Source: Acidimicrobiales bacterium (GTDB lineage: Bacteria; Actinomycetota; Acidimicrobiia; Acidimicrobiales; VFJN01). From it: a stretch of 64,000 bases of DNA. The stretch spans positions 17,540 to 81,539 of the forward strand of contig DASSCS010000101.1 in NCBI GenBank assembly GCA_035697515.1, read 5' to 3'. The notes beneath the pieces are model-generated. The model did not search any database and had not been told where the DNA came from. It was given only the letters and a program-made list of their open reading frames with translations. Position numbers and translations under genes: made by a program. Positions 46,542 to 54,427 of the stretch are shown here, one piece after another (positions within the stretch are counted from its first letter, which is position 1; every line of letters starts with the position of its first letter).

Positions 46542-47378
46542 CTAGAGGGTGGGCCCGGTGCGCGCGGCGTCGAGCGGGCGGATCATCCCGTCCTGGACGA
46601 ACGACGCGACCAGCGAGCCGTCGGGCCGGAACACGTTCCCGGTCCCGTAGCACCGCCCGCGCCCGGCATAGGGGCTGTGGTGCGAGAGCAGCAGCCACTG
46701 CCCGGCCGGGGCCGGCTCGTGGAAGGTGAGCGTGTGGCTGACCACCCCGGTCGAGACCGTGACGTGCGCCTGGGCCTGCCCGAGCCCGGGATGGGGCCGC
46801 ATCGCGGTGGCGATGAGGAAGCCGTCGGTGGCGAACGCCAGCAGCGCCTGGTCGATGGCGGCGTCGTCGGGCGCACCGACGAAGCGCGTCCAGACGCAGA
46901 GGTCGGGCGGGCCGACCGCCTCGGGATCGTTCACGTCGACGTCGCCCGCGATGCGCACCTGCCAGGCGCCCGCGTCGTCGCCTCCGCCGGTGCCGCCCTC
47001 GGGGCCCGGCGAGGTGGGGGCGGGGTCGGCGTGACGGATGAAGTCCGGCTCGTCCGCGCTCAGCAGCACCAGCGAGCGGGCGCACAGCCGGTCGTCCTGG
47101 CTGAGCGACACCGTGCTGCTCGCGAACGCGCGACCCGTGTGCATGCGGTCGACCGCGATGTCGACGGGCGCGTCCGGCCTGCCGGGGCGGGCGAAGATCG
47201 TGTGCACCGTCTTGACGCGCTTGCCGTCCTGACCGGCCAGGCCGGCGACGACCGACTGCGCCAGCAACTGGCCCCCGAAGATCACCCCGGGGCCGGCAGC
47301 GGCGTTGCCGGCTCGGTAGCGGTCGGGGCCGAGCGGTTCGAGGGTGAGCGCCCCGACGAGGCTGTCGATGGTGAGCAC
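46542..47378 (-). CDS. acyl-CoA thioesterase II (TesB-like, double hotdog)
   Basis: 278 aa. FGGQLLAQS, TGRAFASSTV, LLAFATDGF. Confidence 0.8.
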   Translation of the reverse strand: MLTIDSLVGALTLEPLGPDRYRAGNAAAGPGVIFGGQLLAQSVVAGLAGQDGKRVKTVHTIFARPGRPDAPVDIAVDRMHTGRAFASSTVSLSQDDRLCARSLVLLSADEPDFIRHADPAPTSPGPEGGTGGGDDAGAWQVRIAGDVDVNDPEAVGPPDLCVWTRFVGAPDDAAIDQALLAFATDGFLIATAMRPHPGLGQAQAHVTVSTGVVSHTLTFHEPAPAGQWLLLSHHSPYAGRGRCYGTGNVFRPDGSLVASFVQDGMIRPLDAARTGPTL

Positions 47379-47420
47379 GTGCTACTCCGGCGGGAAGCGC
47401 GCGTCGTCGGGCGGGCCACG

Positions 47421-48617
47421 TCAGGCCGTGGCCGGCACCGCGACCCGCATGAGTCGGGCGAGGTTCCCGCCCATGATGGCGGCGACGTCGTCGTCCGGGA
47501 GGCCGTCGGGCAGGTGGTCGACGTAGCTGCACGGCTCGGCCAGGCCCTCGGGGTGGGGGTAGTCGGAGCCGAACAGGAGGTGATCGGCGCCCATGACGTC
47601 GACGAGCTGCTCGATGTCGTCCTCGTGGAACGGGCTGACGTAGACGTTGCGCCTGAACGCGTCGACCGGGTCCTCGTCGAACGCCTGGGGCATCTTCCTG
47701 TGGACGTCCTCGAGGTGCTCGACGAACGGCGTCACCCAGTCGCCGCCGTTCTCGATCGACGCGACCCGCAGCTCGGGGAACCGCGTGAAGGCACCGTGGC
47801 AGACGAACGCGGCCATGCTGTCGTCAATGGGCCGCGAGGCCATGGTGAGCATGCGGAACGGGTCGGGCCGGAACGGCAGCATCTCCATCGGCCCCGTCCA
47901 GTCGCTCTGGTACCGCGAGTAGCCGCTGTCGGAGGCATGCATCGACACCAGCACGTCGTTGTCGACCACGGCCTGCCAGAACGGGTCGAACTCCTCGAAG
48001 CCGAACGAGCGGGAGCCCCCGTACGCCGGCACCGGCGCGGGCCGGACCAGCACCGTCCGCGCCCCGCGCTCGACCACCCACTCAAGCTCCTCGATGGCCT
48101 TCTCCACGATGGGCAGGCTGATGACCGGCGTGGCGAAGATGCGGTCCTCGTAGTCGAACGTCCACTCCTCGTACAGCCACTCGTTGAGGGAGTGGATCAC
48201 CGCGTGGATCAACACCGGGTCGTCACGCATGCGCTCCTCGAGCAGGCTGGCCAGCGTGGGGAACATGAGTGCCCGGTCGACGCCGAGCTCGTCCATGAGC
48301 TCGAGGCGAGGTCCCGGCTCGCGGAACGCCGGGATGCTGCGCATCGGCTCGCCCACGAGCTCGCGGTACGACTTCCCCTCGGGGTTACCGCTGCGGAAGT
48401 ACTCCTCCTGCGCGCCCGGGCGGGCCACCACCTCGAACGTCGGGTTCGGGATGTACTCGCTGATCGTGCCGCGGACCACGATCTTCGTGCGCCCCCGGAC
48501 GTCGACGTAGTCGACCGCGCCCTTGTACCGGTCGGGCAGGTGGCGGGTGAACGCCTCCCTGGTCTCGTACAGGTGGTTGTCCGCATCGAAGACCGGGAAA
48601 CCGAGCCGTCTCGTCAT
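47421..48617 (-). CDS. amidohydrolase-2 family protein
   Basis: FPVFDADNHLYE, MHASDSG, FGSDYPHPEG. The start is ATG 48617 (preferred) or TTG 48653. Confidence 0.8.
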   Translation of the reverse strand: MTRRLGFPVFDADNHLYETREAFTRHLPDRYKGAVDYVDVRGRTKIVVRGTISEYIPNPTFEVVARPGAQEEYFRSGNPEGKSYRELVGEPMRSIPAFREPGPRLELMDELGVDRALMFPTLASLLEERMRDDPVLIHAVIHSLNEWLYEEWTFDYEDRIFATPVISLPIVEKAIEELEWVVERGARTVLVRPAPVPAYGGSRSFGFEEFDPFWQAVVDNDVLVSMHASDSGYSRYQSDWTGPMEMLPFRPDPFRMLTMASRPIDDSMAAFVCHGAFTRFPELRVASIENGGDWVTPFVEHLEDVHRKMPQAFDEDPVDAFRRNVYVSPFHEDDIEQLVDVMGADHLLFGSDYPHPEGLAEPCSYVDHLPDGLPDDDVAAIMGGNLARLMRVAVPATA

Positions 48618-48635
48618 GCTCAGCACGGTAGGTTT

Positions 48636-48653
48636 TTCTAACGGTTGGGTCAA
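48636..48653 (+). promoter_or_regulatory. 18-bp box, weak copy f (TTCTAACGGTTGGGTCAA, 12/18; TCTAAC-N5-GGTCA retained)
   Basis: It lies 85 bp upstream of copy c in the same divergent intergenic region. Confidence 0.4.
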
Positions 48654-48720
48654 CTCTCTGTGCGCCTCACGGGACCGGGGCTGCGCATGCGGTCGCTTGG
48701 GGGCAGTCGGTGTGCGTGCT

Positions 48721-48738
48721 ACCTAACATCTCGGTCAT
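48721..48738 (+). promoter_or_regulatory. 18-bp box, copy c (ACCTAACATCTCGGTCAT, 15/18)
   Basis: It ends about 25 nt upstream of the ATG at 48763 and is followed by AAGGAGGGG. Confidence 0.65.
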
Positions 48739-48762
48739 ACTGGCGGCCGACAAGGAGGGGTC

Positions 48763-49980
48763 ATGACCGCAGTCATGCAGGGCGTCCGCATCCTCGAGGT
48801 CGCCGAGCACACGTTCGTCCCTGCGGCATCGGCGCTCCTCGCCGACTGGGGCGCCGAGGTCGTCAAGGTCGAGCACGTCGAGCGGGGCGATGCCATGCGG
48901 GGCCTGGCGTCCAGCGGGCTCGCGATCATGGGCACCAGCGTCCACGTGCTGCTCGAGCACTCGAACCGGGGCAAGCAGAGCCTGGCGCTCGACCTCACGT
49001 CGGAGGAGGGCCTCGAGATCCTGTACCGGCTGGCGGCGACGTGCGACGTCTTCCTCACCAACAAGCTCCCGAGCGTCCGGTCGAAGCTCCGCATCGACGT
49101 CGACGACGTCCGGGCCCACAACCCGCGCATCATCTACGTCCGCGGCACTGGCCAGGGTGAGCGGGGCCCCGACGCCGACCGCGGGTCCTACGACTCGCTC
49201 GCCTACTGGTGCCGGGCGGGCATCGCCGCCGGCATGAAGCAGCCCGAGTACGACTACGTGCCTGCGCCACCGGCGCCGGCGTTCGGCGACTCGATCGGGG
49301 CGATGACGATCGCCGGCGGGATCATGGGGGCGCTGTTCCACCGCGAGCGCACCGGCGAGGCGACCACCGTGGACGTGTCGCTGCTCGGCATCGGCATGTG
49401 GTCGATGGGCGCCGCCCTGGCGCTGTCGCTCCAGCACGGCGTCGGGTGGACTCCCCCACCGCCGCACGCGCCCACCGGCAACCCGCTCAGCGCCATCTAC
49501 ACGACGAAGGACGGGAAGTACCTGGCGCTCACGTGCCTCCAGGCGGCGCGGTACTGGCCGGAGGTCTGCGCGGTGATCGAACGGCCCGAGCTGGCGACCG
49601 ACGAGCGCTTCGCCGACGCCGAGTCGATCAGGCAGAACGTCGCCGTCGCGGCCGACCTGCTCCGCGACGCCTTCGCCCAGCGTGAGGCGAGCGAGTGGCG
49701 CGAGCGGCTCGCCGGCTTCAGCGGCCAGTGGGCGATGGTGCAGGACACGCTCGAGGCGTCGACCGACCCGCAGACGGTCGCCAACGGCTACGTGCAGGAC
49801 TGCGAGACCGCGGAGGGCGTGGCGTTCCAGCTGGCCGCCGCCCCGGTCCAGTACGACGGGCAACCCGCGGCGCCCCGGCGGGCCCCGGCGTTCAACGAGC
49901 ACGGCGACGCCATCCTCGGCGACCTCGGCCTCGACTGGGACGCGATCGTGGACCTGAAGGTCCGCGGCGTGGTGGCCTGA
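48763..49980 (+). CDS. family III (CaiB/BaiF) CoA-transferase
   Basis: 405 aa. GVRILEVAEHTFVPAASALLADWGAEVVKVE and RGTGQGERGPDADRGSYD. Confidence 0.9.
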   Translation: MTAVMQGVRILEVAEHTFVPAASALLADWGAEVVKVEHVERGDAMRGLASSGLAIMGTSVHVLLEHSNRGKQSLALDLTSEEGLEILYRLAATCDVFLTNKLPSVRSKLRIDVDDVRAHNPRIIYVRGTGQGERGPDADRGSYDSLAYWCRAGIAAGMKQPEYDYVPAPPAPAFGDSIGAMTIAGGIMGALFHRERTGEATTVDVSLLGIGMWSMGAALALSLQHGVGWTPPPPHAPTGNPLSAIYTTKDGKYLALTCLQAARYWPEVCAVIERPELATDERFADAESIRQNVAVAADLLRDAFAQREASEWRERLAGFSGQWAMVQDTLEASTDPQTVANGYVQDCETAEGVAFQLAAAPVQYDGQPAAPRRAPAFNEHGDAILGDLGLDWDAIVDLKVRGVVA

Positions 49981-50082
49981 GCGAGCGTCCGCGCTGCAGC
50001 GAGTCGCCGCCAGGCGACACCAGCCGGAACCACAGAGCGGCCGACGATCACCCACACCACTACCCCACACGGAGCGATCCAC

Positions 50083-50910
50083 ATGAGCACGTTCGACGCA
50101 TTCAGGTACGACGGCAAGCGAGCGCTCGTCGTCGGCGGCGCCACCGGGATGGGCGCGGCGGTCGCGGAGCTGGCCAAGGACGCCGGTGCCGAGGTCGTCG
50201 TCATGGACCGCGCCGAGGTCGCCCTCTCGGGCGTCAAGGCCATCCGGGTCGACCTCGCCGCCAAGGCGTCCATCGACGCCGCCGTCGACGAATGCGGCGG
50301 CCCGGTGCATGCGCTGTTCTCGTGCGCCGGGGTGGCCGACGGCACCCCCGGCATCGAGCGGATCAACTTCATCGGGCACCGCCACCTCATCGACCGGCTG
50401 CTCGACGGTGACCTGCTCCCGCGCGGCGCCGCCATCGGGCTCATCTCCTCCGCGGCAGGGTTCGGGTGGCAGGCGAACCTGCCCCGCCTGCAGGAGTACC
50501 TCGACGTCGTCGACTTCGACGAGGCCACGCGCTGGGCCCAGGAGAACGGCAAGGCCGACTACATGTGGAGCAAGCTGGCGATCAACGCCTACGTCGCCCG
50601 CGAGGCCTTCGGGCTGCTCACGCGGGGCGTGCGCATCAACGCCATCCTCCCCGGCCCGACCGACACGCCCCTCGCCCGAGCCAACGAGGAGACGTGGCTC
50701 ACCTTCGGCGCCGACTACCGCGGCGAGGTCGGCATCGAGGCCTCCACGCCGCTCGAGCAGGCCTACCCGCTGGTGTTCCTGTGCAGCGACGCGGCCCGGG
50801 GCATCACCGGCATCACCATGGTCACCGACGCCGGGTACTTCAGCTCCGGGATCGCCGGGTCGTTCCCGGCGGCGACACCGGTCGTCGAGTTCCTGTCCAG
50901 CACCTTCTGA
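50083..50910 (+). CDS. short-chain dehydrogenase/reductase (3-alpha-HSD-like atypical SDR)
   Basis: GKRALVVGGATGMG, YMWSKLAI, INAILPGPTDTP. Confidence 0.8.
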   Translation: MSTFDAFRYDGKRALVVGGATGMGAAVAELAKDAGAEVVVMDRAEVALSGVKAIRVDLAAKASIDAAVDECGGPVHALFSCAGVADGTPGIERINFIGHRHLIDRLLDGDLLPRGAAIGLISSAAGFGWQANLPRLQEYLDVVDFDEATRWAQENGKADYMWSKLAINAYVAREAFGLLTRGVRINAILPGPTDTPLARANEETWLTFGADYRGEVGIEASTPLEQAYPLVFLCSDAARGITGITMVTDAGYFSSGIAGSFPAATPVVEFLSSTF

Positions 50911-50917
50911 CCACTCC

Positions 50918-52549
50918 GTGCGCCCGCTTCCGCAGGTCACGCCCACCAACGAGTGGTTCTGGACGTCGGGCGCCGACAGTCGCCTCCGGATCCAGGGCTG
51001 CCGGGACTGCAAGGCGCTCGTCCATCCGCCGGTGCCGGTGTGCCCGAACTGCCGCAGCCGGGCATGGGAGCCCACCGTCGTGTCGGGACGCGGCACCGTC
51101 GTGGCGTTCACCGTCAACCACCACCAGTGGCTGCCGGGGCTCGAGCCGCCGTACGCGATCGCCAACGTCGCGCTGGCGGAGGACCCGACGGTGCACCTCA
51201 CGACGAACATCGTCGGGTGCGACCCCGACGCGGTCCACGTCGGCCAGCAGGTCAGCGTCCGCTTCGAGCAGCACGACGACGTCTGGTTGCCGATGTTCGA
51301 GCCGGCGGGCGGGACCGACACCGTGGACCGGGTGGGCGAGCCGCAGCGTCCGGCGCCCCGCCCGCCGGCCACCGGCGACCGGTTCGAGCACCGGGCGGTG
51401 CTGTCCGGCGTCGGCCGCTCAGCGCTGGGGCGCCGGCTGATGGTCGATCCGCTGTCCCTCACGATCGACGCCTGCCTGGCCGCGGTGGCGGACGCGGGTC
51501 TCAATCTCGACGACATCGACGGGCTGTCCACGTATCCGGGCGCCGTGGGGATGGGCATGAGCGAGGGCGGCGTCACCGCCGTGGAGGAGGCGCTGCGGCT
51601 GCGGCCGACGTGGATCAACGGCGGTGGCGACCTGCCCGGGCCGGGTGGATCGGTGATAGCGGCGATGCTCGCCGTCGCCGGCGGACTGTGCCGGCACGTC
51701 CTGTGCTTCCGCACCGTGTGGGAGTCGACCTTCGCGGCCCTCCGCCTCGGCGCGGGCGGCGCTGGCGGCCGGGTGTCGGGGCCCATGCAGGAGTGGCGCG
51801 CGCCCTTCGGCGCCCTGTCGGCCGCGAACTGGATCGGCATGAACGCCAACCACTATCTGTACCGGTACGGCGCCACCCGCGAGGTGCTGGGCTGGATCGC
51901 GCTCAACGGCCGGGCCAACGCCGCCCGCAACCCCGCGGCGATCTACCGCGAGCCGATGAGCATGGACGACTACCTGTCGGCCCGGCCCATCACCAGCCCG
52001 TTCGGGCTCTACGACTGCGACGTCCCGTGTGACGCGTCGATCGCGGTCGTCGTGTCCGACGCGTCGGTCGCGGCCGACCTGCCGAAGCCCGCCGTACGGG
52101 TCGAGGCCGTGGGCACCCAGATCACCGAGCGGATCTCGTGGGACCAGGGGACGATCACCCACGAGCCCCAGGTCCTCGGCCAGTCGGCGCACCTGTGGAC
52201 CCGCACCAGCCTGCGGCCGGGCGACGTCGACGTGGCGCTCGTCTACGACGGGTTCACCTTCAACGCCGTCTCGTGGATCGAAGCGCTGGGGTTCTGCGGC
52301 ATCGGCGAGGCCAAGGACTGGCTCGACGGCGGCCGACGCATCGCGCTCGACGGCGAGCTACCGGTCAACCCGCACGGTGGCCAGCTCTCCGAGGGACGCA
52401 CCCATGGCTTCGGCTTCATCTACGAGGCGATGGCCCAGCTCCGCCACGAGGCCGGCGAGCGCCAGGTGGCGGGCGCCCGGACGGCGGTCGTCACCTCGGG
52501 CGGCGGCACACCGTCGGGGGTCCTGCTCCTGCGCCGAGATCAGACCTGA
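50918..52549 (+). CDS. fusion of a DUF35 OB-fold/zinc-ribbon domain with an SCP-x/Ltp-type thiolase-fold domain
   Basis: N-terminal CRDCKALVHPPVPVCPNC plus an OB-fold segment, a Pro-rich linker, then a thiolase fold (DCDVPCDASIAVVVS, NPHGGQLSEGRTHGFG). The GTG start has no clear Shine-Dalgarno sequence. Confidence 0.8.
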   Translation: MRPLPQVTPTNEWFWTSGADSRLRIQGCRDCKALVHPPVPVCPNCRSRAWEPTVVSGRGTVVAFTVNHHQWLPGLEPPYAIANVALAEDPTVHLTTNIVGCDPDAVHVGQQVSVRFEQHDDVWLPMFEPAGGTDTVDRVGEPQRPAPRPPATGDRFEHRAVLSGVGRSALGRRLMVDPLSLTIDACLAAVADAGLNLDDIDGLSTYPGAVGMGMSEGGVTAVEEALRLRPTWINGGGDLPGPGGSVIAAMLAVAGGLCRHVLCFRTVWESTFAALRLGAGGAGGRVSGPMQEWRAPFGALSAANWIGMNANHYLYRYGATREVLGWIALNGRANAARNPAAIYREPMSMDDYLSARPITSPFGLYDCDVPCDASIAVVVSDASVAADLPKPAVRVEAVGTQITERISWDQGTITHEPQVLGQSAHLWTRTSLRPGDVDVALVYDGFTFNAVSWIEALGFCGIGEAKDWLDGGRRIALDGELPVNPHGGQLSEGRTHGFGFIYEAMAQLRHEAGERQVAGARTAVVTSGGGTPSGVLLLRRDQT

Positions 52550-52561
52550 GCGCCCAGCCGA

Positions 52562-53008
52562 TCACGCCTCGCGGTCGGTCGCCGCGGCGACGACCGGGTC
52601 GCGCCACACTACGGCCTCGCCGTCGAGGACGGTCGGTCCACCCTCGATGGCGATGGTCGTGCGCAGCCGCACCACGGGCTTGTCGGCCCGCGCCTCGAGC
52701 ACCTCGACCTCGGCGGTGATCTGGTCGCCCGGGCGGACGGGCGCCAGGTACCGCCACGACGTCTCGAGGAAGACGCTCCCCGGTCCGGGCAGGTCCTCGG
52801 CGACGACCGCGTTGAGCAGGCCGGAGGTGACACCGCCTTGGACGATGATGCCGCCGAACCGGCTCGCGGCCGCGAGCTCCGCGTCGTAGTGGACGGGGTT
52901 GCGGTCACCGGTCAGCTCGGTGAACAGGCCGATGTCGCGGGTTGTCACGCGCCGCGACCGTCGGGCGCGGTCGCCCACCGCGAGCGATCGGCGGGGGGAG
53001 CTCTGCAT
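52562..53008 (-). CDS. MaoC-like (R)-specific enoyl-CoA hydratase (hotdog fold)
   Basis: ATG preceded by GTGAGGAGGATCACG. FTELTGDRNPVHYD motif. Confidence 0.85.
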   Translation of the reverse strand: MQSSPRRSLAVGDRARRSRRVTTRDIGLFTELTGDRNPVHYDAELAAASRFGGIIVQGGVTSGLLNAVVAEDLPGPGSVFLETSWRYLAPVRPGDQITAEVEVLEARADKPVVRLRTTIAIEGGPTVLDGEAVVWRDPVVAAATDREA

Positions 53009-53039
53009 CGTGATCCTCCTCACAACGAACGGGCGAGCC

Positions 53040-53149
53040 GGTCGGCCTGGCGACCACCGCGGCTCCGAGGTCTTGGTGGTGTCGAGCCGCTGGGCCACGG
53101 TGCTCTTGCCGGCCCCGATGGGCCCCGTGATCACGATGAGCTGTGCCAC
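53040..53149 (-). pseudogene. 5' remnant of a P-loop NTPase/kinase gene
   Basis: VAQLIVITGPIGAGKSTVAQRL (Walker A at the N-terminus) is followed by non-protein-like sequence that runs in frame into the MaoC gene. Confidence 0.35.
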
Positions 53150-54324
53150 CACCGCCAGTCTGGGGCAGCGGCCTCGTGAACCCCGCGTGCGCCTCGATGC
53201 GCCGCGTCCCACCAGTCCGTGATCTGGACGTAGACGTCGGGGTGGTTGGCGAGCGCGATGTGGTTGACCTTGGGGCAGAGGCGGACGCTGACCCTCGGGA
53301 ACAGGGCCGGCTCGTCGCCGCCGAGCCGGCCGCTGGCGCTCGACGCCGTCACCAGCGCGTCGCCGAGGAGGCGGTTGACGAGAACGGGACGATCGGCGTC
53401 CGGTTCGTGGGCGAGCGAGCCGGCGACCACGAGGTATCGGGCCCGCCGGGGAACGCGCACCCGGTGCCGCGCGGGGCGCTCGGTGGCGCCCGGGTCGCGC
53501 TCGTGCCAGTCCTCGTCGAGCACCGCACCCCAGCGAAGGTCCTTGATGCCGTCGCTGCGCCGGTCGAGCCCGGCACCGATCAGCCGGGTGACGGGGGTCG
53601 GCACCGACCACAACGCCGCGCTGGTGAGGTTGGCGATCACCTCGAGGGAGGCGCCGCTGTTGGGCACGCCCAGCAGCACCACGCGCCTCACCTTGGCGGT
53701 CCACGGCCCGCGGCGTCGCACCCGGTCGGCGAGGGTGGCGCGCCCCCTGCCGTAATGGCAGGCACTCCGAACAACCAGCCCGCCCATGCTGTGACCGATG
53801 AGGTCGATCTCGCGCACCCGCACCGGCCAGGCCCGCACCAGCCGCTGGAGCCCCGCGGCGAGCGCGCGCCCGTTGGTCGAGATGTGGCGCCCGGTGTTGT
53901 AGCGGACGTACACGGGGGTCACCCCGCGGTCACGTGCCAGCAGCTCGCCGTAGCCGAACTCGCGCCGGCCGCCGATCCTCCACACCGTCTCCGACGACAT
54001 GAGCCCGTGCACCAGCACGCAAAGCCGGGCCCCGGCGTCCGGGAGCGCCTGCCGGAGCCCGCGGCGATCGAGCGGGAGTGCGTCGCCCGACGCCGTGCAG
54101 AACGTCAGAGGCACGGCGAAGGAGGAGCCGCTCTCGGCCAGCGCGTCGCCGAACAGGCCGTTGAGCACGGCCCGCGCGTCCGCGCCCCGACCGGGCAACG
54201 ATCTCAGGAGCCGGACCACCAGGTCGATCGTCGCCGGTGTCGGTACCGACCCCGACCGTCGGCCGCGCGGTCCCGTCACGACCTGGCGACGCGGCGGGGA
54301 CTCGTTCACCCACCCACTCTGCAT
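53131..54324 (-). CDS. alpha/beta hydrolase (lipase/esterase-like)
   Basis: Nucleophile elbow GHSMGG. 397 aa. Confidence 0.75.
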   Translation of the reverse strand: MQSGWVNESPPRRQVVTGPRGRRSGSVPTPATIDLVVRLLRSLPGRGADARAVLNGLFGDALAESGSSFAVPLTFCTASGDALPLDRRGLRQALPDAGARLCVLVHGLMSSETVWRIGGRREFGYGELLARDRGVTPVYVRYNTGRHISTNGRALAAGLQRLVRAWPVRVREIDLIGHSMGGLVVRSACHYGRGRATLADRVRRRGPWTAKVRRVVLLGVPNSGASLEVIANLTSAALWSVPTPVTRLIGAGLDRRSDGIKDLRWGAVLDEDWHERDPGATERPARHRVRVPRRARYLVVAGSLAHEPDADRPVLVNRLLGDALVTASSASGRLGGDEPALFPRVSVRLCPKVNHIALANHPDVYVQITDWWDAAHRGARGVHEAAAPDWRWWHSSS

Positions 54325-54427
54325 CCCGGGCGGCGCACAGCACAGATCGACGTGCTCTCACCCGCATCCGCCGCGGTTGCCGTCGTCGGCCGGGGCGGGC
54401 AGAGAACCGCCGGTGGGCCTCGCCGGG

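Noticed and set aside
52562-53149. MaoC hydratase as a 195-aa protein with an N-terminal P-loop domain
   Set aside because: The linking 25 residues are low-complexity and non-protein-like. The P-loop part is only about 22 aa. A strong AGGAGG precedes the internal ATG at 53008.
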